Shown here: piece after piece, positions 60,206 to 64,000 of the stretch
Position numbering within the stretch: the stretch's first letter is position 1
How the letters are laid out: each line of letters starts with the position of its first letter
IMG/VR virus record: IMGVR_UViG_3300030055_000003
Direction: 5' to 3' (one strand)
Source of the DNA: a virus
Taxonomy: Duplodnaviria; Caudoviricetes
DNA length: 64,000 nucleotides
The notes under the pieces: model-generated
The model's input: the letters and a program-made list of their open reading frames with translations, nothing else
The model's database searches: none
What the model was told of the DNA's origin: nothing
Program-made: the position numbers and the translations under genes

Positions 60206-61033
60206 CTAGTCTTTTTGCTTAGTAGTGGATTTATTTTTAGAAATTTCATTGAAAAAATAAACAGAAGCATTTGATATAACTTGCAAGTCATTATCACTTA
60301 AATCTAATAATCCACCATGCGCATATATATTTCTTAATCTTGTTAAAAATCCAAGAAGTTCAGAAGAATTAGATTGCGAAGAAAGAATATTATAAATTAA
60401 GCGATACGATGGTATTAATTTAAATGTTATATTAAATTCTTCCATACTATAAATATAATATTTATCAATTTCATTTTTATATTTTTCATAGATTGATGGT
60501 TCACAATTTAAAACTATGTTATTTAATATTGAATTAAGATTAGATTCAATATTAAATTCCAAATCTAATTTAGATTGCATTTCTTCCATTTCAAGAATTT
60601 CTTTATCTGATTGAATTGGATTATAACCATTTTGTTCTTCAAATATTTCATTTTCTTTTATTTCTTTACGACCTAAAAGAAAGCCTGATTTATGTTCTTC
60701 TTTAAGTATATTAACCATTTTTAAAGTATATTGATTTAATAATGGTTTTTTATTATATTCGTGTCCAACCGCATCAGTATTACTAATATCCATCCAGTTT
60801 CCAATTTCAGAAGGTGGAAACATCTTTTGTTGAACTGGTTCTAATTCTAATAAATCATTAGGAGTACACCTAAAGAGGTCACATAGCAAATCAATATGTC
60901 CTTTATCAATTTTTTCAAAGGTATTATTTACATATTTGCTAATAGTATTTTTATTGATTCCAGTATAATCAGATACATCTTTTTGATTATATCGGCTATC
61001 TTTTAATAGTTTATCTAACTTCATTTTAGCCAT
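60206..61033 (-). CDS. XRE/Cro-C1 HTH transcriptional regulator
   Basis: QKDVSDYTGINKNTISKYVN..LCDLFRCTPNDLLE. Confidence 0.88.
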   Translation of the reverse strand: MAKMKLDKLLKDSRYNQKDVSDYTGINKNTISKYVNNTFEKIDKGHIDLLCDLFRCTPNDLLELEPVQQKMFPPSEIGNWMDISNTDAVGHEYNKKPLLNQYTLKMVNILKEEHKSGFLLGRKEIKENEIFEEQNGYNPIQSDKEILEMEEMQSKLDLEFNIESNLNSILNNIVLNCEPSIYEKYKNEIDKYYIYSMEEFNITFKLIPSYRLIYNILSSQSNSSELLGFLTRLRNIYAHGGLLDLSDNDLQVISNASVYFFNEISKNKSTTKQKD

Positions 61034-61119
61034 ATTCTCACCTCTTTTATAGTATATAACATTTTTTGACTATATGCAATAAAGGGATTTAATATTTACT
61101 ATAATACTTAAAAAACATA

Positions 61120-61148
61120 TTGACATTATACAAAAAGAGGATTACTAT
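61120..61148 (+). promoter_or_regulatory. SigA promoter divergent from the XRE gene
   Basis: TTGACA-17-TACTAT. Confidence 0.7.
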
Positions 61149-61279
61149 AGTTACATAAGGTAAGTTAATCCAACTTATCCAAATAAAAATAAGGCAACAA
61201 CAAAAATAGTTATCACCTAATCCCTCAACAAGATTAATGATAACACATTGTTTAGCCTAAATCAAGGAGATGTGTTAAT

Positions 61280-61768
61280 ATGGAAAGTATTATGCAAACA
61301 GGAATGAAAAGAGAAAATTACTATGAAGGAACAATTATTGATATCCGTAAAATTTTTGTAGGCTTTGGTCATTATCTTGAAAGGTTAGGTATTGAGGAAG
61401 AAGGAGAAATTTCAGATTACGAACAGTATCTTATAGAAGTGGACAAGCGAAGGGAATTGAAAAGGCAGGATGAGCATTTGCATTTGCTTAAATGGATTGA
61501 TGAAAATACAGATGATGACTTTCCATTTAAAATTTCTACTAGGAAAGAATTTGATAGGTTTTATAATTCAGATGATGAAGATGATATAATGGACATGCTG
61601 ATTATAGAATGTGATGAATTTTATGCTAGGTTTAAAGAAATAACAGGTGTAAATTTGTTGAGCAATAATGACTTTATAGAAATGTCATACATAGATGAAT
61701 CACAAAATGATATAGAACTTGTAGTTAGGATAAATGATAGACAGGAAAGATTTATTATAGGAGTTTAA
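61280..61768 (+). CDS. Acidic hypothetical protein
   Basis: 162 aa, AAGGAG RBS. Confidence 0.7.
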   Translation: MESIMQTGMKRENYYEGTIIDIRKIFVGFGHYLERLGIEEEGEISDYEQYLIEVDKRRELKRQDEHLHLLKWIDENTDDDFPFKISTRKEFDRFYNSDDEDDIMDMLIIECDEFYARFKEITGVNLLSNNDFIEMSYIDESQNDIELVVRINDRQERFIIGV

Positions 61769-61811
61769 AAATTAAATATTGTTTAAATGAATAGATATGA
61801 TATAATTAGAG

Positions 61812-61930
61812 TATAATAAAAGAAAAAGGAACGAATTGTAGTTCGTCCCTCAGCCCCAGCTCTAATTCAAGTGTTCGGCTCTCTACTTCAGAATACTTAA
61901 AATTAGGGCTATTATTATGTCTTGACTTAC
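61812..61930 (+). ncRNA. Candidate antisense antitoxin RNA (ends approximate)
   Basis: TGnTATAAT at 61798-61806, no sense ORF, overlaps the 3' end of peptide gene 61883..62017. Confidence 0.45.
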
Positions 61931-62017
61931 GCCATTATTAATAGCGTATATAACTAACTCAATAGCCAAAGAGAATAACAATAGTGTGCTAAAGCTTTTT
62001 ATGTACCATTCTTTCAT
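61883..62017 (-). CDS. 44-aa hydrophobic peptide, type I toxin-like
   Basis: AAAGGAGGTG RBS; MKEWYIKSFSTLLLFSLAIELVIYAINNGVSQDIIIALILSILK; terminator hairpin about 61823-61845. Confidence 0.7.
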   Translation of the reverse strand: MKEWYIKSFSTLLLFSLAIELVIYAINNGVSQDIIIALILSILK

Positions 62018-62310
62018 AAAAACACCTCCTTTATAAAGTATTTTATTTTGGAAACAATAATATTTCTAATGTAAAATACTTTAAAGAAGATGGCAAAGAG
62101 TTATGAATGGATACAATATTCTATATTAATTTAGATATAATGTTTTATTTTAAATAGGTTTAGTTTCATTTTCATAACATTTCATTTTTTCCCTTTATCT
62201 ATTTTAATATAGTATGTTTATTATACCATAAAATTGGAAAACTGTAAAATTAGATATAAAATTTTAGGATTGATTATAAATTACTTGAAAAAGTGTTATA
62301 ATATAGATAT

Positions 62311-62432
62311 GGAAGGATAGATATATGAAGGGTTGCAAACTGGATTATATTGATAAGTGAATTTCGACCTCACTTCCTTTCTATTTTTATAAAATGGTCG
62401 AATAAATTAAATTATGAAAGGTCGAGATTGTA
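62311..62432 (+). ncRNA. Three-way-junction leader RNA, copy C
   Basis: Outer stem GGAAGGA/TCCTTTC, hairpin AAGTGA/TCACTT; loop TTCGACC(T) complementary to GGTCGAA 62396-62402 and AGGTCGA 62419-62425. Confidence 0.72.
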
Positions 62433-63983
62433 ATGGAGGATAATAAACAACTAAATCAAGAAGAATATATGGAGATTATTGAAAAATTTAAAAAAGAAAA
62501 TAAAGAAGATTATGAAAAGGGTAAGATTAGAAAGGTATTTGATGAAAATCTTATATATAGTAAAAGTGGAAGAACTATTCATTGGAATGCTAGTATAGGT
62601 TATCAAGTATATTTTATACATGAAAATATAGAAGGATGGCTTAAAATAATTAATTATGATGTAAAAACAAGAAAATTAACAATAGATTATAATAATGAAT
62701 TGTTTTATATATTTTATGGAGATTTTTGCAAAGGTGGATTGTGTGCTATTTTGGGAATTGTTACAGTAGATTTCAAAATAGAAATAGGACAAACATTTAA
62801 AGATGATAAAAGAGATTTAACTATTATTAATAGAGAATATAGAAAAGAAGAACATATTGATAAAAAAGGTAGAAAAAGTATAGTGAATTTAAAATACTAC
62901 ACATATAAGTGTAATAAATGTGGGCACAAAGGATTGTCATTAGAAGGGTCATTATTACGACAAAAGACAGGCTGTGCATGTTGTAATTCATCTAATAGAA
63001 CTGTTGTATTGGGGATTAATACAATATATGATACTGATAAATGGATGATTCCATATATAGGTGAAGAATGTGCCAAAACTCATACTCATGGTAGCAATAA
63101 AAAAGTTGAAGTAACTTGTCCCGATTGTGGAAGAATTAAAAACAAACCTATGACAATAGGTAATATTTATAAACGACATTCAATAGGATGTCATTATTGT
63201 TCTGATTCTGTAAGTTATCCAAATAAATTTGCATATGAACTATTAAATCAATTAAATAAAATATATAAATTTATTTATTTTCAACATGAATATTCACCAT
63301 CTTGGCTAGGTCAAAGAAGATTTGATAATTATTTTATATATAATGATAAAGAATACATAATAGAGATGGACGGAGGATTAGGTCATGGTAAAGGAAATTA
63401 TAAAAATAACATGACATCTGAAGAATCTAAAGCTATTGATGATGAAAAAGATAGATTAGCTAAAGAACACAATATTGAAGTAATCAGAATAGATTGTGAA
63501 ATAAGTAGTTTGGATTATATTAAAAAACATATATTAGAAAGTAATTTAAATAAATTATTTGATTTAAGCAAAATAAATTGGCTAAAAGTCGAAGAATTTG
63601 CATTATCTAATTTAGTTAAAGAAGCTTGTAATTTATGGGATAGTGGTATTCATGATACTTTGAAAATTGCTGAGATAATGAAATTATCGAGACCTACAAT
63701 TACAACATATCTCAAAAAAGGTTCAAAGGAAGTATCTTGGTGTGAATATAACCCTAATGAAGAAAGTAAAAAAGGTACTATTCAATGCAAACAAGTTAAT
63801 AAAAAACCTTTAGAAGTATTTAAAGATAATATTTCTAAAGGAATATTTGAATCTGCTAGTGAATTAATAATAATAAGTGAAAAGTTATTCGGAGTTAAAT
63901 TTGATTTTAGAAAAATATCATTAGTTTGTCTAGGAAAACAAAAGAAACATAAAGGATATACATTTAAATATATAATGAATTGA
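62433..63983 (+). CDS. Free-standing Zn-ribbon + Vsr/DUF559-like endonuclease, paralog of 53576..55207
   Basis: FKIEIGQTFKD, CNKC, CACC, CPDCG, RRFDNYF..IIEMDGGLGH, HKGYTFKY. Confidence 0.78.
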   Translation: MEDNKQLNQEEYMEIIEKFKKENKEDYEKGKIRKVFDENLIYSKSGRTIHWNASIGYQVYFIHENIEGWLKIINYDVKTRKLTIDYNNELFYIFYGDFCKGGLCAILGIVTVDFKIEIGQTFKDDKRDLTIINREYRKEEHIDKKGRKSIVNLKYYTYKCNKCGHKGLSLEGSLLRQKTGCACCNSSNRTVVLGINTIYDTDKWMIPYIGEECAKTHTHGSNKKVEVTCPDCGRIKNKPMTIGNIYKRHSIGCHYCSDSVSYPNKFAYELLNQLNKIYKFIYFQHEYSPSWLGQRRFDNYFIYNDKEYIIEMDGGLGHGKGNYKNNMTSEESKAIDDEKDRLAKEHNIEVIRIDCEISSLDYIKKHILESNLNKLFDLSKINWLKVEEFALSNLVKEACNLWDSGIHDTLKIAEIMKLSRPTITTYLKKGSKEVSWCEYNPNEESKKGTIQCKQVNKKPLEVFKDNISKGIFESASELIIISEKLFGVKFDFRKISLVCLGKQKKHKGYTFKYIMN

Positions 63984-64000
63984 AAAGGAGAGATATTATG

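Larger units (their letters stand above)
1..64000. mobile_element. Large SPbeta/c-st-like temperate phage, probably a plasmid prophage (phage-plasmid); window is internal
   Basis: Terminase-portal-scaffold-capsid-tail order typical of SPbeta yon/yom genes, YonO-like RNAP, Rep_3 with iterons, TubZ partition locus; no host housekeeping genes. Confidence 0.9.

Noticed and set aside
33165-62200. Shared text TTTTCATA(A)ACATTTCATTTT.CCCTTTAT at about 33168 and about 62170
   Set aside because: Low-complexity pyrimidine-rich; associated minus-strand mini-ORFs are only 4-11 codons; no function supportable.
41965-62432. Leader RNAs as guide RNAs for the adjacent nucleases (OMEGA/HEARO-like)
   Set aside because: The only complementarity seen is to their own RBS region, the RNAs are short, and the proteins lack RuvC/bridge-helix motifs; not excluded but unsupported.

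Overview
Very AT-rich window from a large temperate siphovirus of the SPbeta/c-st type, probably a Clostridium phage-plasmid; host and lifestyle are inferred. Layout from left to right: (1) leftward early/accessory genes, including an SF2 helicase and an HTH initiator-like gene; (2) a largely non-coding, strand-skewed 11.4-16.2 kb zone with two HNH/AP2 endonucleases and a dif-like site; (3) an FtsK + replication-relaxation module and an Mrr-like nuclease; (4) a TubR/TubZ/TubY partition locus and a Rep_3 initiator with 11 iterons; (5) a YonO-type single-subunit RNA polymerase, HU and a beta-CASP nuclease; (6) a ~1.1 kb structured non-coding RNA block; (7) phosphoesterase, ClpP, terminase, portal, scaffold, capsid and the start of the tail module. 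Most notable unexplained signals: three covarying copies of a three-way-junction leader RNA whose loop pairs with a twice-repeated target at the RBS of free-standing endonuclease genes; a candidate large ornate ncRNA; 17 perfect copies of AAATTAATAGAA; a 30-bp element present twice in inverted orientation 19.5 kb apart; three type I toxin-antitoxin candidates; and an HNH gene split at an A-AAA-AAG slippery site. All family assignments come from motif recognition by eye, without database searches.
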